Shown here one piece after another: positions 28,901 through 38,549 of a DNA stretch of 64,000 nucleotides. The translations under genes and the position numbers were made by a program. Source of the DNA: an uncultured Gemmatimonadales bacterium (GTDB lineage Bacteria; Gemmatimonadota; Gemmatimonadetes; Longimicrobiales; Longimicrobiaceae); NCBI GenBank assembly GCA_963716255.1, contig OY970303.1:6272001-6336000 (forward strand), written 5' to 3'. The notes beneath the pieces are model-generated. The model did no database searches, was not told the origin of the DNA, and saw nothing but the letters and a program-made list of their open reading frames with translations. Every line of letters starts with the position of its first letter. Within the stretch, counting starts at the first letter, position 1.

Positions 28901-29543
28901 GGTCCAGCAGCGACGCGCGCGCCATGGCCGCCGCGGAGGCTGGCTCCGCCCCCGCCAGCAGCGGCGAATCGGTGAGCACGGCGCACAGGAAGTAGAGCGC
29001 GTACACGAACACCCCGGCCACGTAGCCGGCGAGCGCGCTTCGCGACAGCGCCGCCACGGCGAAGAGCACGGTCCCGGCGAACACCAGGTTGGGAAATCCC
29101 ACCACCCCCAGCGCCCACAGGTAGGCGGCCACGTCCGCGCGCCCCAGCCGCTCGGGCTCCACCGCCACCAGCAGCGGCGCCAGGAGCATCCCCAGCGTGG
29201 CCATGGACAGGACCGCGGCGGCGAGGAGCAGCGCCCCGGCGAAGCGGCCCAGCAGGTAGCGCGTCTTGCCCACGGAGGTGCCGAAGACGATCTCGGCCAT
29301 GCGGTGCTCGGCGTCGCGCTGCGCGGCGCCGGTGCAGAACAGGGTGAGGACGAAGATGCAGGGGAGCGAGAGCAGCCCCGTGGCGAGCACGGCGGCGTAG
29401 GGCGAGTTGACGTTGACCGAGTCGGGCCCGTACCCCGTCGCCACCAGCGCGAAGCCCACGAGGAAGAAGGCCGCCGCCGCGGCGGCGAAGGAAAGCTGGC
29501 GCGTCCCGTAGCGCCACTCGAAGCCGATGATCCCGGCGAGCAT
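25920..29543 (-). CDS. ABC transporter permease / M1 aminopeptidase fusion (second paralogue)
   Basis: Start MLAGIIGFEWRY; multi-TM halves; HEVGHQWW...VESLAKY, YYGKGA. Confidence 0.85.
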   Translation of the reverse strand: MLAGIIGFEWRYGTRQLSFAAAAAAFFLVGFALVATGYGPDSVNVNSPYAAVLATGLLSLPCIFVLTLFCTGAAQRDAEHRMAEIVFGTSVGKTRYLLGRFAGALLLAAAVLSMATLGMLLAPLLVAVEPERLGRADVAAYLWALGVVGFPNLVFAGTVLFAVAALSRSALAGYVAGVFVYALYFLCAVLTDSPLLAGAEPASAAAMARASLLDPFGLAAFAEQTRHWTPAVRNTRHLALSGSFLLNRVLWLAVSALVLAGVHRRFALRVPTAGGRARPAAEARAPAAVPAYRPVPAGGPGAQRRALVSATRVQLGYVLRSRPFLALMVLWVAAAWANMAGSEAAEYGSRLLPTTGILLDVARPLLAELGTVVLVYFAAELAWRDRSVRLAEIVDATPTGSAVFYLSRLAALVLTAAVATAATLAVAVAFQLARGYPPGDPGLHLRFAVSGGLPLALFAAAALLAQALAPNRYVGMGISLVVAAVALRGDALGLEHPLLRFGSGPRVPHSDMGGGGQVEASLRAFLLYWTAFAGVTAFAAAGLWRRGTPPSLRARLAAAPRRLGRRGTAGAAACLLLFAGSGAWTFRRTDVLNRRETHEQALAWRAGYERTYRRLAAVPQPGVAAVRAEVELFPAERRLRVAGTLVLENRTGRPVDTVWVGVRRDLDSVRVSLAGADAVVRDARHGMHGFRMRRPLAPGARAELSYRASVAQRGIRASGFDLSVVDNGSFVSQGQAFPHVGYRASQEIGDPAERRRQGLPPRRDEEAGAAESPDDPAAGWATAEVTVSTSADQVAVAPGELRGEWRTGGRRHFRYVLDRPALAQLGFVSARYATRRAVHGGVAVEVYFHPGHARNVDRMLRAATASLDAFGRAFGRYPHATLRIVEVPPYWGFGAFALPGMVLYSENRGFLTDARDSTSLDLVTRRVAHEVGHQWWPHQVNPGDGPGATMIVESLAKYAEQVVLRELRGERQVTRMLEYDLERYLRGRAEDPEPERPLWKATGQPYLYYGKGAVVMAGLRDLLGQETLDGTLRGFVREHAHPAPAPTAAELAAALEAAAAPEARALVDQWVRRVVVYDLAVESASGRPLPGGRTLVVARVRAAKSERRGGADVPLAMDEVLEVAVYAAGPAGAEQAPLYAGRHRFRGGTTELRLVVPGAAGHVAVDPRVLRVDAARADNLRPVRGVTAAPGTPTDGGSRTPPPRPAR

Positions 29544-29548
29544 CCCCG

Positions 29549-30424
29549 TCACCCCGCGCGCCGGTGCGGGAGCACCGAGAAGTACACGTCCTCCAGGTCC
29601 GGCTCCACCGGCTCGAAGCCGGCGTCGGGGCGCTCGTCCGCCAGCACGTGCACCCGCGTCCGCCCCTCGAAGAGCTGCGTGGAGAGCACGTCCAGCGATT
29701 CGCGGTACGCCGCGGCGGCGTGCTTGTCCACCGTCCGGCTCCACACCCGCCCCGCCAGCTCGGCGACCAGCCGCCGCGGCTCGCCCTCGCGCAGCACCCG
29801 CCCGCCGGCCAGGATGGCCATGCGCGGGCAGAGCTGCCGCACGTCCTCCACGATGTGGGTGGACAGGATCACCACCACCTGCTCGCCCACCTCCGCCAGC
29901 AGGTTGTGGAAGCGGTTGCGCTCCTCGGGGTCCAGCCCGGCGGTGGGCTCGTCCACGATCACCAGCCGCGGGTCGCCCAGCAGCGCCTGCGCGATCCCGA
30001 AGCGCTGGCGCATCCCCCCGCTGAAGCCGCTCACCGCCTTGCGCCGGTGCTCCCACAGGTTGGTCCGGTGCAGCAGGGCGTCCACCTGCTCGCGCCGGGC
30101 GCGCCGCCCCGCGACGCCCTTGAGGAGCGCCAGGTGCTCCAGCAGGTCGGCCGCGGAGACGCCGGGGTACACGCCGAAGTCCTGGGGGAGGTAGCCCAGG
30201 TGCCTGCGGTGCGCCTCGGGGTCGCGCAGCACGTCCACCCCGCCGAACCGGATGCTCCCCGTGTCCGGCTCCTGGAGCGTGGCGAGCGTGCGCATCAGCG
30301 TGCTCTTGCCGGCGCCGTTGGGGCCCAGCAGCCCGAACAGCCCCCGGCCGATGGACAGGTCCACGCCGCGCAGGGCGTGCACGCCGTTCGGATAGGTCTT
30401 GGAAAGGTCGGTGACGGTCAGCAT
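29549..30424 (-). CDS. ABC transporter ATP-binding protein
   Basis: GPNGAGKST, FSGGMRQR, IVDEPT, LSTH. Confidence 0.93.
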   Translation of the reverse strand: MLTVTDLSKTYPNGVHALRGVDLSIGRGLFGLLGPNGAGKSTLMRTLATLQEPDTGSIRFGGVDVLRDPEAHRRHLGYLPQDFGVYPGVSAADLLEHLALLKGVAGRRARREQVDALLHRTNLWEHRRKAVSGFSGGMRQRFGIAQALLGDPRLVIVDEPTAGLDPEERNRFHNLLAEVGEQVVVILSTHIVEDVRQLCPRMAILAGGRVLREGEPRRLVAELAGRVWSRTVDKHAAAAYRESLDVLSTQLFEGRTRVHVLADERPDAGFEPVEPDLEDVYFSVLPHRRAG

Positions 30425-30574
30425 GGGGACCCGCGGTCGTGTCGTGTGGGGGCGTGGCCGCCGCGGGCGGGGGACGGATCGCGGCGGGGGAGCGGGTCAC
30501 GGCGAATTGGAAACGGATGGCTCCCCGGCCGCCGTACGGGCGCCGGCGCGGCGCGGTTTCAGCGCGCCGGGCCG

Positions 30575-30692
30575 TTCCGCCGAGCTCCAGGGCGGAGAGG
30601 TGCGCTGCGCGCCGCGCCCGGGCGGCGGGAGCGTGTTCACCCTGCTCCTTCCGGCCGCGGCGGCCGGGGAGCTGGAGCGGATGTCTTTGTGA
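30575..30692 (+). pseudogene. C-terminal remnant of a sensor histidine kinase (HATPase_c end)
   Basis: AELQGGEVRCAPRPGGGSVFTLLLP matches the end of HATPase_c; no upstream kinase sequence. Confidence 0.55.
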
Positions 30693-30736
30693 GATCTTGA
30701 CGCGCCCGCCGCGCTTCTTTGTGCGTCCTTCACGCC
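30684..30736 (+). promoter_or_regulatory. Tandem direct-repeat boxes (tctttgtg-N4-cttSacgc), response-regulator-like site
   Basis: tctttgtgagatcttgacgcg and tctttgtgcgtccttcacgcc, 32 bp apart, upstream of the permease. Confidence 0.45.
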
Positions 30737-30817
30737 GCCCGCGCCATCGTTGGTGCGCGGGCGGCGTGACCGTTTCCGGCACGCTCCCGCGGACTGAACC
30801 CTTTTCGCGAGGAGCCG

Positions 30818-32635
30818 ATGCTTGCCAGGCTGAAGCGGGCGGTCCTGGGCGGGCCGCGCGACGTCCAGGACCCGGGTACGTTCCACGCCATCTCCCTGGT
30901 CGCCCTCCTCGCCTGGGTGGGGCTGGGGGCGGACGGGCTCTCGTCGTCGGCCTACGGCCCCGACGAGGCGTTCCGCGCGCTGGGGGAGCACACCTACCTG
31001 GCCGTCGCGCTGGCGGGGGCGACCGCGGTGACCGTGCTGGTGATCTCGGTGGCCTACTCGCAGATCATCCGCCGCTTCCCCTTCGGCGGCGGCGGGTACG
31101 TGGTGGCGACCCAGCTCCTGGGGCCGCGCTGGGGGGTGGTCTCCGGCTCGGCGCTGCTGATCGACTACGTGCTCACCATCTCGGTGTCCATCGCCGGCGG
31201 GCTGGCCATGCACGCGGGCGACGTCCCGCGGCTGGCGGGCGAGGTGCGGAGCGGCTTCCGGGGAGGGGTGGAGGCGCTGGGCGCCGCGGGGCTGTTCGCG
31301 GTGTTCGTGCGCGCCTACTCCATGGGCGCGGGGACGTACACCGGGATCGAAGCAGTGTCCAACGGCCTGCAGATCATGCGCGAGCCGCGGGTGCGGACCG
31401 GCCGCAGGACGATGACGCTGATGGCGGTGTCGCTGGCGCTGACGGCGGGCGGGATCCTGCTGCTGTAGCTGCTCTTCGGCGCGCGAACGGTGGAGGGGAA
31501 GACGATGAACGCCGTGCTCCTGGACGCCTTCGCGGGCGGGTGGACGGTGGGCGGGGTGCGGGTGGGGTACGGCTTCGTGGTGCTCACCCTCGCGGCGGAG
31601 GCGGCGCTGCTGTTCGTGGCGGCGCAGGCCGGCTTCATCGACGGGCCGCGGGTGATGTCCAGCATGGCGGGGGATTCCTGGCTCCCGCACCGCTTCGCGC
31701 AGCTTTCCAGCCGCCTCACGATCGGCGACGGCGTGCTGCTGATGGGCGGCGCCGCCGTCGCCACGCTCGTCTACACCCGCGGCAGCCTGACCGCGCTGGT
31801 GACGATGTACTCCATCAACGTGTTCGTCACCTTTTCCCTCTCGCAGCTCGGGATGGTGCGCTTCTGGATCAGCCACCGGGAGCCGGGCCGCGGCCGGGGC
31901 CTCGCGATCCACGGGGTGGCGCTCGTCCTCTGCCTGGGGATCCTGCTGGGGTGGTCTACGAGAAGTTCGCCCTGGGCGGGTGGCTGACCCTCGCCGTGAC
32001 CGGGACGGTGGTGGGGCTCTGCTTCGCGGTCCGCCGCCACTACGCCGGGGTGGGGGCCGGCCTCCGGCGGCTGGACGCCATCCTGGAGGCGCTTCCCGTG
32101 CACGCCCCGGACGCCCCCGCCCGAGCCGGATCCCCGCCTCCCCACGGCGGTCCTGCTGGTGGGCGGCTACGGCGGGCTGGGCGTGCACGCGCTGCTCGCG
32201 GTGCAGCGGACCTTTCCCGGGCACTTCCGCAACTTCGGCTTCGTGTCGGTGGGGGTGATCGACGCGGCGACGATGAAGGGAGTGGAGGAGGTGGAGCGGC
32301 TGCGCGCCCGCACGGAGGAGTTGCTGCGGCGCTACGTGGAGCTCGCCCGGCGCTTCGGGCTCGCGGCGGATTTCCGCATGGCGGTGGGGACGGACGTGCT
32401 GGACGAGGGCGAGGAGGTGTGCGCCGGGATCGCCGCGGACTACCCACGCTCCGTTTTCTTCCTGGGAAAGCTGGTCTTCCGCGAGGAAACATTCTTCCAG
32501 CGCCTGCTCCACAACGAAACGGCGTACCAGCTCCAGCGGCGGCTCCAGCTCGCCGGCCGGAGCGCGATGGTGCTCCCGGTGCGGGTCGCCGGCGGGCGGA
32601 GCGAAAACCCCGGAAAGCGAGTCGCGCAGCCATGA
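30818..32635 (+). pseudogene. Disrupted APC-family permease (KimA-like K+ transporter)
   Basis: GLGADGLSSSAYG, GGGGYVVA, YTGIEAVSNG, LLHNETA motifs; in-frame TAG at 31466-31468, frameshifts near 31950 and 32120, apparent internal deletion near 31200. Confidence 0.8.
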
Positions 32636-33033
32636 GAACCCCCACCTTCGCCGTCCGCCGCGCCGTCCTGCCGGTGCTCCTGCCGCTGCTGGCCGCCTGC
32701 GGACCTCCGCCGCAGATCGTGGGCTCGTGGGAAACGCAGGAGCCCCTGCGCGTGCGGACCACCTACGTGTCCCGGGAGGGCGGCACCGGCTTCCGCATCG
32801 CCGGGGGGCGGATGGAGGACTTCCGCTACGCCGTGGACCCCGACGCCGACCCGGTCCCGCTCGACCTGTGGCTGCGCGCCCCGGGCGGCGAGGAGCGCCG
32901 CGTCGCCGGGATCGTGCAGCTCCGGGGCGGGAGTGGGCTGCGGATCCGGCTCGCGCCGCCGGGCGAGCCGCGCCCGCGGGAGTTCTCCCGCGCTCATCCC
33001 GGCACCGCTCTCAGCCGCTCCGTGCCGAGGTGA
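32632..33033 (+). CDS. Hypothetical lipoprotein
   Basis: MRTPTFAVRRAVLPVLLPLLAAC lipobox; IVGSW; ATGA overlap with the upstream gene. Confidence 0.65.
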   Translation: MRTPTFAVRRAVLPVLLPLLAACGPPPQIVGSWETQEPLRVRTTYVSREGGTGFRIAGGRMEDFRYAVDPDADPVPLDLWLRAPGGEERRVAGIVQLRGGSGLRIRLAPPGEPRPREFSRAHPGTALSRSVPR

Positions 33034-33061
33034 TGGAGCCACCACCCACAGGGGCAACAGC

Positions 33062-33293
33062 GTGCGCTTCGGCGGGGTCCGGTGTTTGGGGTCGGCCAGG
33101 GGAGGCTCCTCCGGCAGTGCGAAACTCGCCCGCCGTCCGTGCGAGGGCGGGATCGCGCTGGCTTCGAACAAACGCACCGCCTGCGGACCCTCCCCCGACC
33201 TCCCGGCGCAGATCCCAGGAACGGCAACAGCCGTGTCGGTGCAGTACTCCCCCTCTCCCGCTTGCGGGGGAGGGGGCCGGGGGGAGGGGGCCC
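33062..33293 (+). repeat. Second composite repeat module plus REP-like palindrome
   Basis: ggggtcggcc..gaggctcctccggcagtgcga...ccgacctcccggcgcagatcccaggaacggcaacagccgtgtc shared with 46760-47004. Confidence 0.85.
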
Positions 33294-33318
33294 TCGCGGA
33301 CGCCAGCGCGAGCCCCGC

Positions 33319-33447
33319 GTGAGGGATTTCGGCCCGAAGGGGCGAGACCCCGCGGGCAGTTTCGCGGGGGCTCGACTCCGTTACGCACGGTTGTTTCGTG
33401 CGTTACGGAGCCGAAGCCCGGCCCCGGCGCCAGCCGGGGGCACGCCC
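33319..33447 (+). repeat. Structured intergenic repeat, copy 4
   Basis: Matches the scaffold. Confidence 0.95.
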
Positions 33448-33470
33448 AACCCCGCAGTTTTCCGTAAAAA

Positions 33471-35021
33471 TCAGCCCGCCACGGCGAGAACCGGAAGCGG
33501 TTGCGCGGTGCCCGAGTGCAGGAACGCGTTCGGGTCGTGGTGGAGCGCTTCCTTGGGCAGCCATTCCCAGAGCGGACCCAGGTGCGTGCGGATCTGGCCG
33601 GTGAGCACGGCGGGCAGCTCGGCGGTCTCCCCCTCGAAGAAGGCGCGGAACCGCGGCTCGTCCATCCACCGCCGCATCTTCCGGTGGTAGGCGTTGCGGT
33701 TGTTGCGCTCGGACGAGATCCCGCGGAAGAACTGCTCCAGGGCGATGTACGACCGCCGGTTCCTGACCAGCCGGCGCGTGAGGGCCCGCGGCGAGAATGC
33801 GTAGTCGAAGGTGTCGATCACGTGGTCGTAGAACTGCGGCCACGTGTAGTTCCTGGGCCGGACGTTCATGGCCTGCACCAGGTCCAGGAAGTGGAAGGGC
33901 ACGGGGAGCACCCGCCCCTCCCGCTGGTAGTCCAGGTTGAGCACGGCGTTGCGCCCGAAGGCCGAGAGCAGCGCGAAGTGCGGGTACATCCCCGGGGCCT
34001 GGTCCACGAAGCGCTTGGTGAGCTCGAACGGCTCGGGCCCCTCGTCGGCGTCCAGCCCGAAGATCAGGTTGCACTGGGTGTAGGGGACGTACTCGTTGAC
34101 CAGGTTGGCCTGCTCGGCCACGGCCTGCACCTTTTCCATGCCGCGCACGGAGCGCATGCGCGACTTGTCGCCGATGTCGAACCACGACTCGATGCCGGGG
34201 GCGATGGCCTTGAAGCCGTTGCGCTTGAGCCGCTTGAGGTTGTCCTCCTTGAGCAGCGACAGCGAGGTTTCGGCCACGAAGGTGACGCTTCCCGGCGGCA
34301 CCACCTCCTCGATGGTGTCCAGGTAGTCGTCGAAGCGGATGCCGAAGTTGGGATCGTGCCACACCGCCACCGCGCGCGGCATCTTCAGCTCCTGGAAGAA
34401 GCGCAGGTCGTCGCGGAGCCCCTCGTAGGGGAGCGGCTGGTAGGGCACCACGGCGTCGATGCAGAAGCTGCACTTGTACGGGCACCCCAGGCTCCCCAAA
34501 AAGGGCACCAGCTTGAGGACGTTGGCGCGGTCCATGGAGGGCTTGAGGAACTTCCAGCGCTGGCGCAGCCCCGGGAGGTCGGCGGGCTGCCTGTGCGCCG
34601 ACAGGTACGCGCCGAGGGGCCGCTGGGGCGCGGGATCGTGCAGCAGGTCGCGGATCAGCTCGCGGTCGCAGAAGCCCACCACGTAGTCGAAGTACTTGCG
34701 GGCGTCCTCGGGATACGACCTCGCGTGGGGCCCGCCCAGCACGGTGGGCACGCCCCGGTGCCGGTAGAAGGCGCTGAAGGCGTAGGCCAGCAGCGCGCAC
34801 TGCGAGAAGGCGTTGATGAAGAGCAGGTCCAGCTCCTCGGGGAGGCCGCCCGCCAGCAGCTCGGTGCCGGAGTAGTAGGCGATGTGCGCCTGGTGTCCCT
34901 CCTCCTCGCACCACACCCCCACCACCTGGGGCATGATGCTGGTGTTGTTGGCCCGCATGAGGCGCGAGTACCCGTTGCGCGGAGGCTCCTTGCCGAGCAG
35001 GTCGATGATCCCGATGCGCAT
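33471..35021 (-). CDS. B12-binding domain radical SAM protein
   Basis: N-terminal cobalamin-binding region (VLGGPHA), GCPYKCSFC CxxxCxxC motif, GIES. Confidence 0.85.
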   Translation of the reverse strand: MRIGIIDLLGKEPPRNGYSRLMRANNTSIMPQVVGVWCEEEGHQAHIAYYSGTELLAGGLPEELDLLFINAFSQCALLAYAFSAFYRHRGVPTVLGGPHARSYPEDARKYFDYVVGFCDRELIRDLLHDPAPQRPLGAYLSAHRQPADLPGLRQRWKFLKPSMDRANVLKLVPFLGSLGCPYKCSFCIDAVVPYQPLPYEGLRDDLRFFQELKMPRAVAVWHDPNFGIRFDDYLDTIEEVVPPGSVTFVAETSLSLLKEDNLKRLKRNGFKAIAPGIESWFDIGDKSRMRSVRGMEKVQAVAEQANLVNEYVPYTQCNLIFGLDADEGPEPFELTKRFVDQAPGMYPHFALLSAFGRNAVLNLDYQREGRVLPVPFHFLDLVQAMNVRPRNYTWPQFYDHVIDTFDYAFSPRALTRRLVRNRRSYIALEQFFRGISSERNNRNAYHRKMRRWMDEPRFRAFFEGETAELPAVLTGQIRTHLGPLWEWLPKEALHHDPNAFLHSGTAQPLPVLAVAG

Positions 35022-35259
35022 GTCTCTCCTTCGCCGGCGTACACGAGGCGGACCGCTGAGGAAGATGCTGGTGCACAACACCCTAGGGAGCGCGGCGGGC
35101 GCTGGCAAGCACTTCGTTTCGCGCCCCTCCGGGCAATCCCGCGCCCCGCCGGGGCCCGCGCGGGGACGGACGTTCCTGCCGCGCCGCGGAGCGCATTGCG
35201 CGGCATGGATTTGGCTACTGCGGCGGACGGTGCGGAAATGCCAACCCGGGAGAGCGAAG

Positions 35260-36138
35260 ATGCGCGGCAAGCAGAGCTGGATGGGGGCCGGGCTGGCGGT
35301 GGCGGTCGCGGCGGCGGGGTGCGCGCGGGCGGAGGGCGCGCCGGACCGGACGCCGCCCCGTGCCGCGGCGGCGCCGGCCGCGGCCCCGGCGCCCGGCCCG
35401 CGGGAGGTGGACGCGGCGCGGCGGCGGGTCGCGGCGCGCGCCGACTCGGCGCGCCGGACGCTGGTGCAGGTGCGCGGGCTCACGCGCGAGGAGCGCGCGG
35501 ACCTGCGGCAGGACGTGAACGCCCGCCAGGTGGCGGTGGCGCAGAGCCTGGGGGTGCGCGCCCGGGACGAGGAGGAGATCCGGCGGCTGGTGCGCGAGGG
35601 GTGGCTGGTGGCGCTGGAGGACAGCACGCAGTACTGGGTGCTGCGCGACCTGACGTACTCGGTGCCGTACGTGACGCCGGACGCGAAGGCCATGCTGCTG
35701 GAGATCGGCCGCCGCTTCCACGAGCGCATGGACAGCCTGGGGCTGCCGCGCTACCGCATGGAGGTGACCTCGGTGCTGCGGACGCCGGAGGCGCAGGACG
35801 AGCTGAAGCGCCGCAACTCCAACGCCGCGCGCGACGTGAGCGCCCACGAGTTCGGCACCACGCTGGACGTGGCGCACGTGCGCTTCGCCCCGCCCGCCGC
35901 CGCCGACCTCCCGGCCGAGCTCCCCGCCGCCCCCGGCCCGTCCGCGCTGATCCGCGCCGAGGAGGCCACGCTGCTGCACGAGGTGGCGAAGCAGAACGCC
36001 GCCGCCCTGCAGGCCGAGCTGGGCCGCGTGCTCGCGGAGATGCGCGACGAGCGCAAGCTCCGCGTGATGATGGAGCGCCGCCAGGCCGTCTACCACATGA
36101 CCGTAGCGCAGCGGATGCCCGCCGCCGCGGAGGACTGA
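35260..36138 (+). CDS. DUF5715 family lipoprotein (M15/Hedgehog-like peptidase fold)
   Basis: Lipobox-like AAGC; TSVLRT..Q..N.NA..SAHEFGTTLD and YHMTV motifs. Confidence 0.7.
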   Translation: MRGKQSWMGAGLAVAVAAAGCARAEGAPDRTPPRAAAAPAAAPAPGPREVDAARRRVAARADSARRTLVQVRGLTREERADLRQDVNARQVAVAQSLGVRARDEEEIRRLVREGWLVALEDSTQYWVLRDLTYSVPYVTPDAKAMLLEIGRRFHERMDSLGLPRYRMEVTSVLRTPEAQDELKRRNSNAARDVSAHEFGTTLDVAHVRFAPPAAADLPAELPAAPGPSALIRAEEATLLHEVAKQNAAALQAELGRVLAEMRDERKLRVMMERRQAVYHMTVAQRMPAAAED

Positions 36139-36140
36139 GC

Positions 36141-36198
36141 GGGCCCTCACCCGGCTCGCTTGAGGCTCGCCACCCTCTCCCAATTCTGGGAGAGGGGG
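36141..36198. repeat. REP-like palindrome pair
   Basis: Reverse complement of 14035-14090. Confidence 0.75.
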
Positions 36199-36233
36199 CA
36201 ACTGCTCGATCCTGAGAACGGGCAAGTAGTTGC

Positions 36234-36364
36234 GTGAGGGATTACGGCCCGAAGGGGCGAGACCCGGCGGGGCAGTTTCCGCCGGGGCTCGACTCCGTTA
36301 GCGAGCGTTGTTTGCTCGCTTACGGAGCCGAAGCCAGACCCCGGCGCCAGCCGGGGGCACGCCC
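36234..36364 (+). repeat. Structured intergenic repeat, copy 5
   Basis: Matches the scaffold. Confidence 0.95.
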
Positions 36365-36410
36365 GACCAAGCAGTTCAATCCGTAAGACCCTTCACGAAA
36401 CCGACTCGCC

Positions 36411-38156
36411 TCAGAACGCGGTTCCGTTCGCCCGCTTCCCGGCCGACGAGGATAGCGACCCCAGCGCCGTGTGGAGCACGAACGACCCGGTGGCGCTCGC
36501 GTCCGGGCTGCGGTTCATGGACACCCCGTCGGTGCCGGAGAGCGAGGACGGATAGGAGTAGCTGTTCACCGTCGTGGTCCCGTTCTTCAGGATCACCGAG
36601 TCGCCGCTGTTGCCCAGCGCGAGCGACCCCGTGCTCGCCGCCACCGCGTTGGTGAGCCCGGCCGGGATCGCCGAGGCGCCGGCGAACACCACGATCGCCT
36701 TGCCCGGCGCCAGCGTGGTCCCCGCCGCGAAGGTGTGCTTCACTCCCGCGCCGTCGCTGATCGTCCACCCGCCGATGGACGCCGAGGTGCCGCCCACGTT
36801 GACGATCTCCACGAACTCGCCCGCCGTGTTGCTCCCCGGCTCGTTGGCCATGATCTCGTTGATGACGACCTGCGCCGGCGTGCCCGAGGGCACGGTGATG
36901 GTGAACGCGGCGTTGCTCGCGTCGCTCACCGAAGGCGCCGCCGCGTCGCTCACCCGCACCCGGGCCGCGGTGCTGGCCGTGGAGGGAACCGTCCACGCGT
37001 AGCTCCCGGCGGAGGCCGGGGTGCCGGCCGTGATGGTGCTCCAGGTGGTGCCGTCCAGCGTGTACTCCAGCTTCACGTTCGCCACCCCGGACGACGTCCA
37101 GGTGATGCTCTGCATGCTCCCGCCCGCCCACGACTCGCCGCCGTTGGGCGCGGTGACCGCCACGCTCGCCGTGCCGCCGGTGCCCCAGGTGTAGCGGCTG
37201 AGCACCGGGTAGTGGTCGCTGGTGGTGGCGTCGTAGCTGGCGACGAACGAGTCCACCCGGTACACCTCCGTGCTCCCCGGCACCAGCGTGGCGTACAGCT
37301 CGTTGGTGTCCAGGTGGTGGTCGATCATGTCCGTGTAGCTGGTGGTGGACGACACGCCGGCGAGCGAGAGCGCCCGCGTGGGGAAGGCGTAGTCCGCCGC
37401 GTCGGCCACGAAGTTCTGGTAGGGCGATGCGCTGCCGGAGGTGATGGAGGTGTCCACGTCGTCGTTCCAGTCGCCCACCACGATCACCTTCTGCGTGGGG
37501 TAGGTGGCGTCCAGGTACGTCTTGAGCGCCGCCGAGGCGTTCTGGCGCTTCTGCCAGCTGGGGGCATCGTCGAACGCCTTCATGTGAAGCACGATCACCA
37601 CCACGTCCTCGGTGACGCCGTTCAGCGTCACGCGCAGCTTCACCTCCAGCGGCGGGCGGCCGGCGAAGTCCGCGTCGTTGGCGGTGAGGATCACCTTGGC
37701 CCCCAGCAGCGTCGCCACGGAGCTCCTGTACAGGATTCCCACCTTCTGCTCGGTGGCGCCGTAGTAGGCGGAGCCGTTGGTCACCGTGGACTCGCCCGCC
37801 AGGAAGCCGGTGTAGCCGGTGAGCTGCGACTCCAGGCTGTTCCATGCCGCCTGGTCCGCGATCTCCGCCACGCCCCACACGTCGAAGTCGGTCCCGGCGA
37901 TCACGTCGCGCGCGTTCTGGAGCTGGAGCGTCTCGTTGCTCGGCCCGCTGCCGGTGGCGCCGAACCACTCGATGTTCCAGCTCGCCACGTCCAGCGTGGC
38001 GGCGGCGCCCTTTGCCGGCACGGTCGCGAGGGATGGACGGTCGGGGGCGGCGGGGGCCTCACCGCGCGCCGCCGTGGGGGTGTCGCACGCGGCGAGGGCG
38101 GGCGCGAGGAGGGCGCCGAGCAGGAGCGCGGCGCGGAAGCGGAGCAAGGGGGTCAT
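36411..38156 (-). CDS. Lipoprotein with DNase I-like EEP domain, Ig-like domain and lamin-tail domain
   Basis: LAAC lipobox; SWNIEWF, VLHMKA, VGDWN, IDH, SDHYP; VVINEIMAN..EFVEIVN (LTD). Confidence 0.85.
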   Translation of the reverse strand: MTPLLRFRAALLLGALLAPALAACDTPTAARGEAPAAPDRPSLATVPAKGAAATLDVASWNIEWFGATGSGPSNETLQLQNARDVIAGTDFDVWGVAEIADQAAWNSLESQLTGYTGFLAGESTVTNGSAYYGATEQKVGILYRSSVATLLGAKVILTANDADFAGRPPLEVKLRVTLNGVTEDVVVIVLHMKAFDDAPSWQKRQNASAALKTYLDATYPTQKVIVVGDWNDDVDTSITSGSASPYQNFVADAADYAFPTRALSLAGVSSTTSYTDMIDHHLDTNELYATLVPGSTEVYRVDSFVASYDATTSDHYPVLSRYTWGTGGTASVAVTAPNGGESWAGGSMQSITWTSSGVANVKLEYTLDGTTWSTITAGTPASAGSYAWTVPSTASTAARVRVSDAAAPSVSDASNAAFTITVPSGTPAQVVINEIMANEPGSNTAGEFVEIVNVGGTSASIGGWTISDGAGVKHTFAAGTTLAPGKAIVVFAGASAIPAGLTNAVAASTGSLALGNSGDSVILKNGTTTVNSYSYPSSLSGTDGVSMNRSPDASATGSFVLHTALGSLSSSAGKRANGTAF

Positions 38157-38370
38157 CCGGTCACCCTGGGGTGGGAGTGGGGCGCGCCGCGATGCGCGGC
38201 GTGCAGGAATGTGGCGGATAAGGTATGCTCCGCCGCGCCGCCGCACCACGGGGACGAGCGCAACGGACCGGTCACGGACGGGTCCCCGCCCGGCGCCGTG
38301 TTCCCCCGGGGGAACACGGCCCGTGCGTGCGCGACCGGGGGGACACGCAAGCCCTGAATCCGCATGGCGC

Positions 38371-38399
38371 TTGACGCCCTCCGGCCGGCGTTCCATATT
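38371..38399 (+). promoter_or_regulatory. Sigma70-like promoter TTGACG-N17-CATATT for the T6SS operon
   Basis: Near-consensus hexamers with 17-bp spacing upstream of tssH. Confidence 0.5.
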
Positions 38400-38549
38400 G
38401 CAACCTTCATCCGCCGTCTGCTTTCGTGGCACCCTTTCCCGCCACGCGAGTCACCAGGCTTTCCGCCCGCCGCACATCCCGCGGGGGCTCCGCAAGGGGC
38501 TTCCCGCTCGGTTTTTTTCCCCCAGCGCCGCCGGCCCCCGCCGCAGACG

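Noticed and set aside
31466..31468. Pyrrolysine or programmed readthrough at the in-frame TAG of the permease
   Set aside because: Additional frameshifts and a deletion in the same gene, and no pyl genes in the window; simple TAC->TAG decay is more parsimonious
38427..38442. Sigma54 promoter (TGGCAC...) upstream of tssH
   Set aside because: GG-to-GC spacing is 11 rather than 10 and the -12 TTGC is absent
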